Source: Babesia bigemina
Lineage: Eukaryota
NCBI RefSeq assembly: GCF_000981445.1
Contig: NC_027216.1
Span: 1 to 64,000 of the forward strand
DNA: 64,000 nucleotides
Reading direction: 5' to 3'
The notes beneath the pieces were generated by a model. That model searched no databases, was not told where the DNA came from, and saw nothing but the letters and a program-made list of their open reading frames with translations. This document shows, piece by piece, positions 1-11,004 of the stretch. Position numbers and translations under genes: made by a program. How positions within the stretch are numbered: the first letter of the stretch is position 1; every line of letters begins with the position of its first letter.

Positions 1-478
1 GCTACTCATCTTATCTTATTCAGCTACTCATCTTATCTTATTCAGCTACTCATCTTATCTTATTCAGCTACTCATCTTATCTTATTCAGCTACTCATCTT
101 ATCTTATTCAGCTACTCATCTTATCTTATTCAGCTACTCATCTTATCTTATTCAGCTACTCATCTTATCTTATTCAGCTACTCATCTTCCTGTTTCTGGC
201 CTTAGATAAGCCTTGATTCTAATTTGCCTTGTTATTGCTACTCATCTTATTCAGCTACTCATCTTATTCAGCTACTCATCTTATCTTATTCAGCTACTCA
301 TCTTCCTGTTTCTGGCCTTAGATAAGCCTTGATTCTAATTTGCCTTGTTATTGCTACTCATCTTATCTTATTCAGCTACTCATCTTATCTTATTCAGCTA
401 CTCATCTTATCTTATTCAGCTACTCATCTTCCTGTTTCTGGCCTTAGATAAGCCTTGATTCTAATTTGCCTTGTTATT
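1..478. repeat. Higher-order tandem repeat: 22-bp unit GCTACTCATCTTATCTTATTCA, a 17-bp deletion variant and a 60-bp unit
   Basis: Read directly: 22-mer x8 (1-176), 60-mer (177-236), 17-mer x2 (237-270), 22-mer (271-292), 60-mer (293-352), 22-mer x3 (353-418), 60-mer (419-478). All units start GCTACTCATCTT. The array runs off the left edge. Confidence 0.97.
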
Positions 479-1719
479 CTAATTCCACTATGCACTTACA
501 ATCTCTATGTACCACCTAACTCGGCGTACAATTCACCTACAACTCCACCACCTTAATCACCAAGCCCTTTTCCACCCTCATGACTCACCGCTGCCTGAGT
601 GGGACGGATGGACTGCCACCGCGAGCAGGCAACTATTCCCGCCACTACCAACGCTATGACTGCGCTACCCGTGTGCCTAATCAACGCTACTGTGACGCTA
701 CTCAGTGTCTCTATTTCGGCGCTTAATTACCACGCCTCGCCACTGACCGCAGCCACCGACGTGACAAACGCAAAAGCAAAGCACTCAACAAATCACTGCA
801 CAGCAGACTAAGCAACACCTTTACCAACACAATGAACAAATACACTACCAACCAATCAACCAAACCACGAACCAAACACCTCACCAAAGCGCTACCCAAT
901 AGGCCCACCAATGCCCCATGCAGAGCAACTGTCGATGGCCGGACGGAAACCAAGCGCCAAAAACCAAACAGAACTAACGGAACCAAGCCGAAAAGCGTTA
1001 AAATGACTAACAAAATACATGAATGCTTATCTTTCTCACCATTATGTCATTATGGCTCACATTGTTTTATCGCTACTTAACTCAGTTTTTTCTGGAGTGT
1101 CTCACCACTTACACACCAGCTCACCTAACTTGGATAACTCACGTAACTTAATTAATTGATAATCATGAATAGCTCGACTTAATCTTGCAATAGGGGTGAC
1201 GCAATGCGGGTGCAAAACCGGACGTGCGACACCGGCCTGAAATCAGCGGTGCTGAGATCAGGACAGTCGAGTGGTCGGTTTCCGAGCTCCGTCGGCCTGA
1301 AGAGAATGAGAGCAAAGCCTACACACGTATACAAATGCGCACGTAGCATTAGACATAAATATGGTTAACGTTTAACGCTTAAACTATTATGAAAACACCT
1401 ACGCAAGCAAACGGCACTTAACACAATAAGCAATATTAATAAACTAACCAACTATATAAATAGAGCACGGCAGAGTGGATTCCGGTCGTCTAGAAAGTCA
1501 AAGGGTAGCCTTGTGTCTAGAAAATTGAAAAGGAAAGATTGATGTTTTTAGACACAGTTCACCAGACGCTCAGCTGGCCATCCAAGATGCCAAAATCGAT
1601 ATATATTATAACGACTACAGCGTCTTGAATTTTGTAACCGCACAGCCAACCGTCTGGGAGAATGCTGGCCAAACATTCTGAACGCGGAGCATGCAACAAC
1701 GAGCTGCCATGAGAATGCG

Positions 1720-1963
1720 TGCATGCAGTCACATGCAGGTGTCTGCACTAAGGTGCGATAAGATTACAGGTGCACCGGGTGCACAGATTCCGCGATGTTG
1801 TCCAGCGCTATGCTGTCTTGTGATGTCGCTACCTAATTGTCATTTTGTGAGCTACAGCGTGAGCTATGTGACGTGATCTCCAGATGCGTGTGGAAATACG
1901 CGAGGCTCGCGGCCTTGGTCGCTCATTTAATATGCCGATCTACATATGCAGTACATGCATGCA
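1720..1963. promoter_or_regulatory. Two TGCATGCA motifs (ApiAP2-type site) upstream of ORF 2189
   Basis: TGCATGCA at 1720-1727 and 1956-1963. This palindrome is a known apicomplexan ApiAP2 binding motif; function here is inferred. Confidence 0.3.
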
Positions 1964-2188
1964 GCTGCACGCGGCTGCGTTTTTGGAGCGCCGGAATGGG
2001 GAGCAGTAGTAGAATATTCCCGATTATTTTCGGGTAGAGCTCTTAGAGCTGCTTCCGCGATACACATCGCTTGTCGACGTCGCAGCGCACTCCCTAGCTC
2101 CGTTAGAGGCGTCGGGGAGTGATGCGCTGCAATTTCAAACATACTGTGATTCCGTAGGCTTGCTGGTTTACTCTATATTTGCAGGAAA

Positions 2189-3067
2189 ATGGCACGCGTC
2201 AAGATGATGCGCCAGGCAACCCTGCACGAGTACTGTTCCATTACAGACACGCCGCCAGGCGACTCACCGAAGTCAGAGAAGCAGCCTCAGAGGAAACGAC
2301 CCAAAACAGACGCTACGCAGTGTCATTGGAAATCACAGACCGCCAACCCTTCGCCCGTGGCGGAGGACGACGACTACGCATGGAGTCCGTGGCACAGCTA
2401 CACGGAGGAAGACCGTGAGGCGTCCCTCGACGATGTGCAGCAAGATGCGCTGGAAAAGCAGCAGCCCGTGGAGCTGCAGACACCAACCGCCCATAAGAAT
2501 GCGTTGGTGATGCCAGAGCTGTTTGTAACAGCGCCGCAGCCAGTATGGACGACCATGGAGATGCCACCGGACGTCGGAGACCTGCAGCAGTATTATACGG
2601 CAGACGAAGGAGCGGTTGTACCGACTCCAGCGAACTCACCTACACGCGGAACCCTGTGGGCCAAAGTCGGCAGGATCAAGGACGAGCTTGCGGACGTCAT
2701 GGCCAAAAACTACGCGGACCCCTACGACCCGAGACAGACGGCGCGCGAGGAGCGGATTCGGGAGCTGGGATGTGCATACGACGTGGCACTCGATGACGCC
2801 AAATTTCACGACTGGCAGACGGAACGCGGCAGACAAATTCAGATGTCAGCCACCGAGCCCTCGCAGACGGCTGAGCCTCAGCGGGACTACATTACCCTGG
2901 AGGACATCGACTACCGCAGCCTGGTCAGCGTGCAACGGTTCAACTATCTTGTACCTTCAGAATCGCAAGACGACGGCGGTAGCGGTGAAATACAGAACGC
3001 TGAGCAGGTACCTCAGAACAGTGAGGCATCGGAGCACGTTCCGCCACGGTGCTCCTGCCAGTCATGA
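2189..3067 (+). CDS. Hypothetical protein, 292 aa (acidic, partly disordered, basic RKRPK patch)
   Basis: Long ATG-started ORF with GC-rich third positions like the housekeeping genes, preceded by a TTTGCAG acceptor-like site. Its last ~15 codons and stop lie on the antisense strand of the ves fragment. Confidence 0.65.
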   Translation: MARVKMMRQATLHEYCSITDTPPGDSPKSEKQPQRKRPKTDATQCHWKSQTANPSPVAEDDDYAWSPWHSYTEEDREASLDDVQQDALEKQQPVELQTPTAHKNALVMPELFVTAPQPVWTTMEMPPDVGDLQQYYTADEGAVVPTPANSPTRGTLWAKVGRIKDELADVMAKNYADPYDPRQTAREERIRELGCAYDVALDDAKFHDWQTERGRQIQMSATEPSQTAEPQRDYITLEDIDYRSLVSVQRFNYLVPSESQDDGGSGEIQNAEQVPQNSEASEHVPPRCSCQS

Positions 3068-4273
3068 CTGTCCCACTTCCGTAGCACCTGAGCATACAAT
3101 GCAAACACGTCGGCGAGCGATGAGGGTGCAGTGGGACGCAGATAGAACAGAGTCCGGCACAGTACAAACAGGCATGAGTCGGCGTTACGGCACATATCTC
3201 CGAGGCGCTTGACCAGGTCCCAGCCGGTGCCACTTATGGAGGCAGCAAAGCCAAGGTTCCAGAAGCCCATTGGGGTAAGGCACTGCTGGCCGAGTTGGTT
3301 AGCGGCGCAGTTGGCACACTCGATGGTCATGTCAGCAGTAGTGAGGGCATGCGGCAGAAGTCCGTGGCAGCAGTCACAGAGGAACGACTGGAGCGGCGAG
3401 GTGGGAGGGCAGCCGGGATTGGAGGTGGAGGAAGTGGTAGTTGTAGTAGTTGCAGCAGTAGTATTACTGATGGTACTAGAGTAAGTGCCGATTTGTTTAC
3501 ACTGCCAGTGGTGTGACTGCACCTGTCTACCGTACGCGCACTCCCTCCACCCCTTGACCCGGGCGGTGCTGCGGCAGCACTGGGAGTACAGGAAGTAGAG
3601 CACTTTACAAAGGCGGCACACTATCTCACGTAACATATCGAATAATGCGTCAGGGTCAGCTGGGTAGTGGAGCCTGGCACGGTTGTTGGAGAAGTCCACC
3701 GAATACGGGTATGCGGCGAGGTCGAAGCCGTGGCCGTTGCCCTGGATGGCGGTGAGCAAGGCGGTGGAGTGTGAACACGTTGTTGCGATGGTATATGGTA
3801 GCTCACCAATGCACTTGGCCATGATGGGATCGTCCCTGTTGGGGGTGTAGCTGTCGTGGCACCGGCGGTTGAGCAACGCCTTGCAGTGGCCTGGCAGCTT
3901 GTCAGCAACACGTGTATACTGCAGCCCGGAGAGCCACGACAGCATGTCCCTGACCGTGCAGGGGTATCGTGGCTTAGGAGGAACATAGATGTGGCAGGCT
4001 TGGAAGTAGTTGCATAGGGCGTCGTAGAGCAGCGATATGATGGTGACCAAGTTAATTCCGTTTTTCATCGGATCACCGTCAAGCAGCATCTCGATAGCCA
4101 CATCAGGAATTGGGGTGGTGAGTAGCTCGTAAATTCCTGCACCAGTAAACATGTGGTTCAACTCGCCGTCCTGCCCACTCTCGTAACTGGACACCCTGTA
4201 CCCGCACCTGGACGAGCGAGTCGATCGCCTATCGAAGGTTTTCGGGACAGTCCATCAAGGACTTCGGCGCCAT
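3013..4273 (-). pseudogene. Collapsed ves/VESA-family pseudogene: N-terminal motif fused to an internal Cys-rich C-terminal-domain fragment
   Basis: From ATG 4273 it reads MAPKSLMDCPENLR*AIDSLVQVR (TAG at 4229-4231), resembling the Babesia ves-family start MAPKxLTDCPENLRExIDWL. 3022-4211 aligns closely with ~45530-46717 (CTVRDMLSWLSGLQY, GWRECAYGRQV, SPLQSFL). No TM or tail. Confidence 0.85.
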
Positions 4274-5680
4274 GCCGCTAGCCTCGAACTGTGACGCCGC
4301 CGAGAAGACGAGGAGGTAATCATCGTGTTCAGAATAACTGAGCCCAAATGCTGCCATGAGTCTCTCACACGAGGGTAGTCCCTGGACCACCCTAGAGATG
4401 GCTACCTTTTTACACTTTACTACGGGAATGAGTATCATATGGATTGAACTCCTGCATCTAGATATGCAATGTGTCACTTTATACGAAACAGACTTGCTGA
4501 ATTGGAGAGGTGCAACACCCCTCACTGCCATCTCCACGTTACTCACTTACCAGCTGGTTGGTGGATTTAGCCGTCCACGTAGTGACTCCACACTTCTACT
4601 AAATACAGGCGTCCATAACTCATCGCGTATCACTTTTAGGAGGCGCGTCACCAATCTCGTAATGCTGCTAGCACGGACCTACGCACCCCGATAGTATGCC
4701 TCGCATCCCAACGCTTAAGAGGTCAAACTCATTCATCATCTGTGGAATATGTCATTTCGCTAAATTCTGTATGTCATCGTTTTCCAGATGTATTAATCAG
4801 ATAGCTAATGCTAGACAGTATTTTTGAGGCATCGTCTTTTCTCTTCTATGCCATGACACCGCAGGCTGTGGATGAGCCCCGTGACGCCTCTAAAATCAGC
4901 AACCGATTATGACAGCAAGGATCCCTCGATCTATGTAAATCATCTAAGCTAGTGCGCCGCGGAAATAAATTTAACAAATGACGTCATACCTCCATTGCTC
5001 CCCACCGAAAGTCTGACATGGGCACGCAGACAACTTAGTGCGTTATCCACATTGGTAGGTTTAGTCAAGTTGACTGTAATATTGTACGTGGCATCTGTTG
5101 TTACGTGTTAGGGGCATTGCCGATATTTCAGTTTGTGACGAATTGTGCAAACGAATATATCCTACCATACACATTTAAAACGCGAAAGGTATAGTTAACG
5201 CCTCGTACTACATTACTACATTTCACCTCATAACTGCGCTTACTAGTGACCACATAACTCACAAACGTCTTATGTAACAGCTCAATAAGCGGCAAATTCA
5301 GCACCGGAAGTTACCACATTTTGCCCTACGCTAATGCTGCCATGGCAAGATACGTATCAGCACGGGCGTAACCAGCAACAAAAGGTGCATATTAATTCAT
5401 ATAATTCACCAACACTACATCACACGTAATATATTTATCATTTGCAGTGCTAGTTCCCCTTATAACACGTAGAGGATGTCCTCGTGAGTGCTCTCAGAGA
5501 AAGCAGCACAGACCAGCAATACAAAAATGCTAACAATTGTATTATATTTGCATCGAGCGCATCACGTATACACTGAAATCGCTATTCTTATAGAGCGAAT
5601 TCCCACAACTGCAAAAGAAGATAGACTATGTAATGCTACCCACGCCAACACGGCACAAAATATTTTCATTAAGAATGATG

Positions 5681-7258
5681 TTACTCTTCCTCGGTTTCGG
5701 GAATGCAGGGCTCTGGTATGTGCTGGCGCGAGGCGCATACCATAGACTGCGGGTGTGTCTTGAATGCAAGACCAGCCTCGGTTTCCGCAGGTTTCGAAAC
5801 CGAGACGGCGAAGTCGGACTTCTCAAGCTGCGGTCCAACAATTGCTGAAAAAATTTCTAGAAGCCTGAGGTCGTCTTCCCCGAAATGCAGAAGCTCATCG
5901 GCTTGTTTGTTTATGACCTCTATCACTGCTAACACGCGGTTACAGTCGCCACTCTTGATGGGCACCCACGCAACGTTCCTTATTTCAACTCCATCGCGAG
6001 AGTCGAATTCAGGTTTGAAGCGTTCGTCCTCAAAGGCGTTTTCAATGACTATAACATCTCCGCTCGTGACGCACTCGCTTGCGCAGCCCCGGCTAAGTGG
6101 CACGATAACCTGCGACCCATCGTCGGATGAAATCGACCAAAGCTGATCGTGCGACCTGTCTACAATGTAGACCGTGCAGCGCTCCGCCTGTATGAGTTTC
6201 CTGGCATGTGTCGTCAGCGCCACGACGCAGGATTGTATGCCCAACCGGTCAGCAAACAGCGAGTGCATGAGAGTGAGAAGCCCGTTAGCCTTATCTCTAG
6301 TGGCGTCCAGTTGCCTCCAACCGATAGCGTTGGATATGCACTGCCCTCCGATGTCACACACTTGCAGAGCGAACGTGATCGTGCTGTCATCCCAGAGCGC
6401 ATCGACACCATCGACCACGTTGGCGCTCTGGAGACCGTCTACACCCACATGGTCCCCTTGCTCTTCCTTAGACATTGAAGAAACGTCGGATAAGGCGCGC
6501 ATATCATCGTGCGACGTGCTGTTTGACACCGAGAGGGAGTTTTGTGTGCTGATGGAATTGGCGGAGAGCGATGAGGCTGCAGCATTGGACTCCGAGTTCT
6601 GCCTCCCGTCGCTAACGAGCTCGGAAACTGGTGTAGATATGCTGTATTGCATGTGGTAGTTGGTACTGCCCAACCCAAGTTTGGGACAGTTTGCGATTCC
6701 CGCCACTCCCCATACTAACTTTTTTGAGTCTACCAGCGGGCACACGAGCAGATTTCGCAGTTCGATATCGGTGTGTTGATCGAATTGCCTGTCGTATATG
6801 GGGTTGTCAGCGCAGCTGTCAATGCAGACGTGAGTTCCGCTTGTGAAGGCGTGATAGTAAGCTCCGCTCTCCGGCGTGCGTATGCTTTTTTTGTGCAGCA
6901 CCCCGTCCTTGCCGACGCTGTGCCCTACCCATTCGCCAGATTCCTTGTCCGGGTAGCACATCTCCACGAGTTCTGCGCCTAGGTTCGTCTTCAGTGCCTT
7001 GAGAGTCATGAGTATGCACTTGACGGGGAGGCTTTGTGACATGATGGCGTTTGAGAAGCACATGAGCACGAGCAGCTGATCCTTGGTCAGCGAGCTGAGG
7101 TCGTACCGCTGCACCAGCGTGTTCGACAAGGATCCCTGTTTGCGCAGCATCCTCGAATCCGTGTGAGTGTCACTACGCTCCGAATGTTGCAGCGACCCGC
7201 CGAGCGACGACTGTCGGTCGAAGGAATTGGTATGCAAGACGCCCTTGAGACCTTCCAT
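5681..7258 (-). CDS. Tandem GAF-domain protein, 525 aa, no catalytic domain
   Basis: Two PDE-type GAF repeats: ...DQHTDIELRNLLVCPLVD...GVAGIAN and AERCTVYIVD...NAFEDERFKPEFDSRDG...VPIK...VIEVINKQ...FGEDD (NK..F..D motif). Confidence 0.85.
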   Translation of the reverse strand: MEGLKGVLHTNSFDRQSSLGGSLQHSERSDTHTDSRMLRKQGSLSNTLVQRYDLSSLTKDQLLVLMCFSNAIMSQSLPVKCILMTLKALKTNLGAELVEMCYPDKESGEWVGHSVGKDGVLHKKSIRTPESGAYYHAFTSGTHVCIDSCADNPIYDRQFDQHTDIELRNLLVCPLVDSKKLVWGVAGIANCPKLGLGSTNYHMQYSISTPVSELVSDGRQNSESNAAASSLSANSISTQNSLSVSNSTSHDDMRALSDVSSMSKEEQGDHVGVDGLQSANVVDGVDALWDDSTITFALQVCDIGGQCISNAIGWRQLDATRDKANGLLTLMHSLFADRLGIQSCVVALTTHARKLIQAERCTVYIVDRSHDQLWSISSDDGSQVIVPLSRGCASECVTSGDVIVIENAFEDERFKPEFDSRDGVEIRNVAWVPIKSGDCNRVLAVIEVINKQADELLHFGEDDLRLLEIFSAIVGPQLEKSDFAVSVSKPAETEAGLAFKTHPQSMVCASRQHIPEPCIPETEEE

Positions 7259-8442
7259 TCTCCGATATACCGTTTATACTTTTGGTTGCCCACCCTTACG
7301 AAGAGTGTGCGCAGGATGCCTGCAGATATAGCAGGTAGCAAAAGACGCCGTTGCCTTTTTAAAATATGCGCAGCCTGAAGCGCTCGCGACGTGGTTCCCG
7401 CGTTTTCACAAGACCATCCGACTGGTGAACCCTTAGTGTTTTCTTGCGCGCGCGTTTTTATCCATTTTCACAATGTAGTGTCCCTCCTGCCGGTAGAGCC
7501 CTGGGCGCGTGCCGTTGCCGCGCCTTTGGTGGACCCAGACGTTAAATTAGAGCGGCCCTCACGCCGTAATAGGGTTTTAAATGCCCTGCTTTGACCCGGC
7601 ACACAAACTAGCCGCGTATCCCCGATAGCGAACGTGCGAAAAACGTGCCGATGGCCCCGCGTCTCTGAGCTCCTAAGCGCTGCACAGTAACGCCCCGAAA
7701 GTCTTTGATTTGAAATGCCGCAACAAATATAGTATTGTATCCACCCTAGGGTGTCAAGTGAGCCCCGCAGCAGGTAGGTTTCTCGGGACGTAAGCGAGCG
7801 CGCCGTTGTCTTGCGGTGGAGGCAGCCCGTGATGCGCAGTTGTGATTTCCGTCTATGAGGTGTACTGCGTAGTAAATATTCGCATGATTTGGCCTCTAAT
7901 AAATGGTAGATATGTAATGTGTTCGCTTTTGTCGCCAGCGTCGGGGCCGTCGTGGTGAGGCATGGCCCACACGGTATCACAGATTACCGCCGCAGCTGCC
8001 GTGCTGTGCAACACACCTGTATTTTCGTGGTGTTTAATAGGCCTTGCACTGTTGAATATCATTTCGTCGCGGAATAACCGTGGCACCATCACAATGCGCC
8101 AGGCCGCTAGTGAAATTCACACGGCGGCGTACTGCGGAACGTTTAGGGGACTACTGATTAGTGTGAAAGGTGTGCTGCCGCACTCGCGTATAAGAGCATT
8201 TAGTGATCATGTTGCGTCACTGTGTCGTAATTACGTGTGGGTTGCTGCCTATGCGCGACTAACCGGGCTCCTACGGGCAGTGTGTTACGCGAAAACGGCG
8301 ATGCCAGTTACATACTTAAAAAAATCATAGATTTTCAGTCGGATATGGGTGTGCCGAGCTATATTTGTCTGTCTCCACAGAGTCAGAGGTGTAACTGGTC
8401 GCAACCGCCGCGCACAGCAGTGATCGAGCCCAAATTAAACAT

Positions 8443-11004
8443 TCAGAAATCCTCGTTTATCCAGAAATGCCGGTGGCCAAGGATGTGTAAGAAGTGCGGG
8501 TTCACAATCCCGTACGCCAGAGCGCGTCTCATGAGGCGATTCTGCAACCGGAACAACAGCCTTTTTGCGTCCGTGACCGGGGCTTGCTCTTCAAAGAGTT
8601 GCAATAGCTCATAAACCCTTTCCTTGCGCATCAAATTGACGGTGCTATTCAGGCGGTCGTACTGCCGAATGTGCAGAGGTTCTACGTTGTGGGCATGCGC
8701 CTCCTGGGTGGCCCTAGGGGTAACCTTTTGCCATTCCAATGTGGCCAGTTCCGGTTCTTCAGTTAGCTGCCTGATCCTGAGGTACAGCCAGTTCTCAAAT
8801 GCAATGTACTCAGCCAGCAGCCAGCGAAGACCCATGGCCCGACCCGTGTCGAACAGGTGACGTCCTGTATGCGTCTCGGCAGGGTAGAAGCTAGGCACCA
8901 TGTTCTCGAGGGTGGACAATCCCGACAGGATGATGAAGGGGAAATCGGTGAAGTGGTACGTGAATGACGCGGGCGGCGTTAGGTGGTGTAGTATGTCTTT
9001 CAGCGTGTTGATTTCTTCCTCAGCAGGGTTCTTCGAGAGCTCTTCGTCGCTAACGTACACCAACTCATACGACAGCCACTCAATGAGCGTATGCGGAGTA
9101 GATAGGAACTCAACGCCGTTGTAATCCGATTTTGTGGGATCGGTGAAGGTCCTAAGTATGTTGCCACTCCCCAATTTCTCCTTGTACCCTCCTGCGTGCC
9201 TCTTTGAGCCAGTGCCTATTTTCAACGCCCGTTCCGATGCCACTACTAGCCTGAATAGCTTTGTCAAAGCGCAATCCTGCTGCGCGCCTTCACTTTGAGT
9301 TTCTCCGGGCTTCGTGCTCAGCATTTTCATCCATTTTTCAACTTCACCAGTGGGTATTCCTCGGCTGCGCTTAGACGTAGCGATGGCATTGTAGACCTTA
9401 ATGCTTTGCTCGATCTCAGCGCGCCACTGCTCAGTTTTGTCTAACCTTAGGTACTCCATCCTGCGTGTAAGCAGTTGCCTGATAAGACTTTTGAGTCGGA
9501 TGAAGTGGATGTAGAACATGTCCTTCTTTTGTAGGAAAGAATTTGCAACGCCGTTCATCAGGCTTGTTCCTATGAATCTTCCGATACCTAATGGCATGGG
9601 ACTGAACCTCACTGTTCGTCTTCCCGGCGACTTGGTGGCCCCTACAAAGAAGTTGTTGGCAGCAAACAGACCATCGTACGCTTCTTCACCATTTATCACG
9701 ACTGCTCCCATCTTGAAAAAGCTCGGCACGTTAGAGCTGGCCCTAACGGCGTTTATGAGCGCCTCGTTGCTCTCATAAGAAGTAACACACCTCGGCTCGA
9801 ATTCACCATCTTTGCGAACGCCATAATTGACTTGTACCCGGCCGATCCTTTCATTCAACGTCTTGTACAGCTCTTTCGGCACAAACGCTGATACCATAGG
9901 CGTGAACACTTCGTCAAGAGTGCCCCTGGGGGTGTTTGACATGAACGCCTCGGCAGGCTCTTCAAACAACTCCATGATCTCATATCGGTTTCGATTGTAT
10001 ACTGATGTGACAACCGATGTAATGGATCCCGCGGAACTACCCGAGATGGGGACAGTCATGTTCATAATGTTTAGCTCCATGAGGTAGTCCACGAATCCAA
10101 CGAACATGGGCAGGAGGAACCCTCCCGGGGAAAGCGATATGGCAAGATCCGGCTTGTAGATGGTGCGCTGTTGCATTTCGCCCCTTATGACAAACTTCGC
10201 CATTTCAATCGCCTCTCTAATTGTCGCGGGTGGCTTTCCGTCTGACTTGTCATCTATCAAAACGTATCCCATAGTAGCATAGTCCTGCAGGAGGTCATAT
10301 ATAAGTTGCGCACCTGAAATCGCGCCACCTGTAAACAACTGTAGATGCAGGCATGCACGCTTCACGTACGAAACTGCTTCTTTACTCTCTTCTGCGTCGG
10401 AAAGTGCGAACTTATGCACAGCGTCAACGGCCGCGGCGAACATGAGGGTGAAGCTTGGGTATGCAGTTGACGGGCATTTTTTCGCTAGCGGCGGGGGCAC
10501 GTATTTTATTTTAAAGTCTGAACTGTACGTGAGATAGGAAGCTGCCTTCGTTCCCGCTTCTTCTATATCTTTTTCGTTTTTCCGTGGTACCTTGGCAACG
10601 AAAGCGGTGGGATCGGGATCCTCATACTTCTGAGTCAAGGCAACCAGCTGCTGCACATGCGCCAGGTTTTCTATTAGCTTGTAGTCGTTGACGACGTCTG
10701 CGCAGGTTATATGATCGGTATCCACACCTTTGTCGGCCATATATTGCTTGAGTTGTGCGACGTTGAAATACTTAATATACTCACAGATGTCATTTCTTAT
10801 GTTCAAAGCTCCCATATATATACGCGGTCCTTTAAATTCGTCTACCTTCCCATTGTTTGGTAGATCTGGCTTGCATACATTGTCATTGAAAAATCCTATC
10901 CCTTTCAAACTTGCAAGGCTCGAGGCAACGGGTTTCGTAAGCTGCGAATGGTGATCCCAGAAATCGGAATGGAATCCCATCGCATTAGACGATGAGAAAC
11001 TCAT
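8443..11004 (-). CDS. Patatin-like phospholipase, 853 aa
   Basis: Gly-rich loop LSPGGFLLP, nucleophile GSSAGS (GxSxG), ASSNVP, and catalytic Asp motif YDGLF. Confidence 0.85.
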   Translation of the reverse strand: MSFSSSNAMGFHSDFWDHHSQLTKPVASSLASLKGIGFFNDNVCKPDLPNNGKVDEFKGPRIYMGALNIRNDICEYIKYFNVAQLKQYMADKGVDTDHITCADVVNDYKLIENLAHVQQLVALTQKYEDPDPTAFVAKVPRKNEKDIEEAGTKAASYLTYSSDFKIKYVPPPLAKKCPSTAYPSFTLMFAAAVDAVHKFALSDAEESKEAVSYVKRACLHLQLFTGGAISGAQLIYDLLQDYATMGYVLIDDKSDGKPPATIREAIEMAKFVIRGEMQQRTIYKPDLAISLSPGGFLLPMFVGFVDYLMELNIMNMTVPISGSSAGSITSVVTSVYNRNRYEIMELFEEPAEAFMSNTPRGTLDEVFTPMVSAFVPKELYKTLNERIGRVQVNYGVRKDGEFEPRCVTSYESNEALINAVRASSNVPSFFKMGAVVINGEEAYDGLFAANNFFVGATKSPGRRTVRFSPMPLGIGRFIGTSLMNGVANSFLQKKDMFYIHFIRLKSLIRQLLTRRMEYLRLDKTEQWRAEIEQSIKVYNAIATSKRSRGIPTGEVEKWMKMLSTKPGETQSEGAQQDCALTKLFRLVVASERALKIGTGSKRHAGGYKEKLGSGNILRTFTDPTKSDYNGVEFLSTPHTLIEWLSYELVYVSDEELSKNPAEEEINTLKDILHHLTPPASFTYHFTDFPFIILSGLSTLENMVPSFYPAETHTGRHLFDTGRAMGLRWLLAEYIAFENWLYLRIRQLTEEPELATLEWQKVTPRATQEAHAHNVEPLHIRQYDRLNSTVNLMRKERVYELLQLFEEQAPVTDAKRLLFRLQNRLMRRALAYGIVNPHFLHILGHRHFWINEDF

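Noticed and set aside
1..478. CRISPR-like repeat/spacer look
   Set aside because: The interspersed 60-mers are identical to each other rather than unique spacers, there are no cas genes, and the DNA is eukaryotic.
599..1080. Short ORFs including a hydrophobic minus-strand one (723-1013)
   Set aside because: Explained by C/A strand skew of low-complexity DNA; mostly non-ATG starts and no motifs.
7745..8160. RNase MRP-like P4 halves on the minus strand (AGTCCCC ~8146-8152 and GGGGCTCACT ~7757-7766)
   Set aside because: The CR-I consensus is imperfect and no closing P1 helix was found. An Infernal search would be needed.
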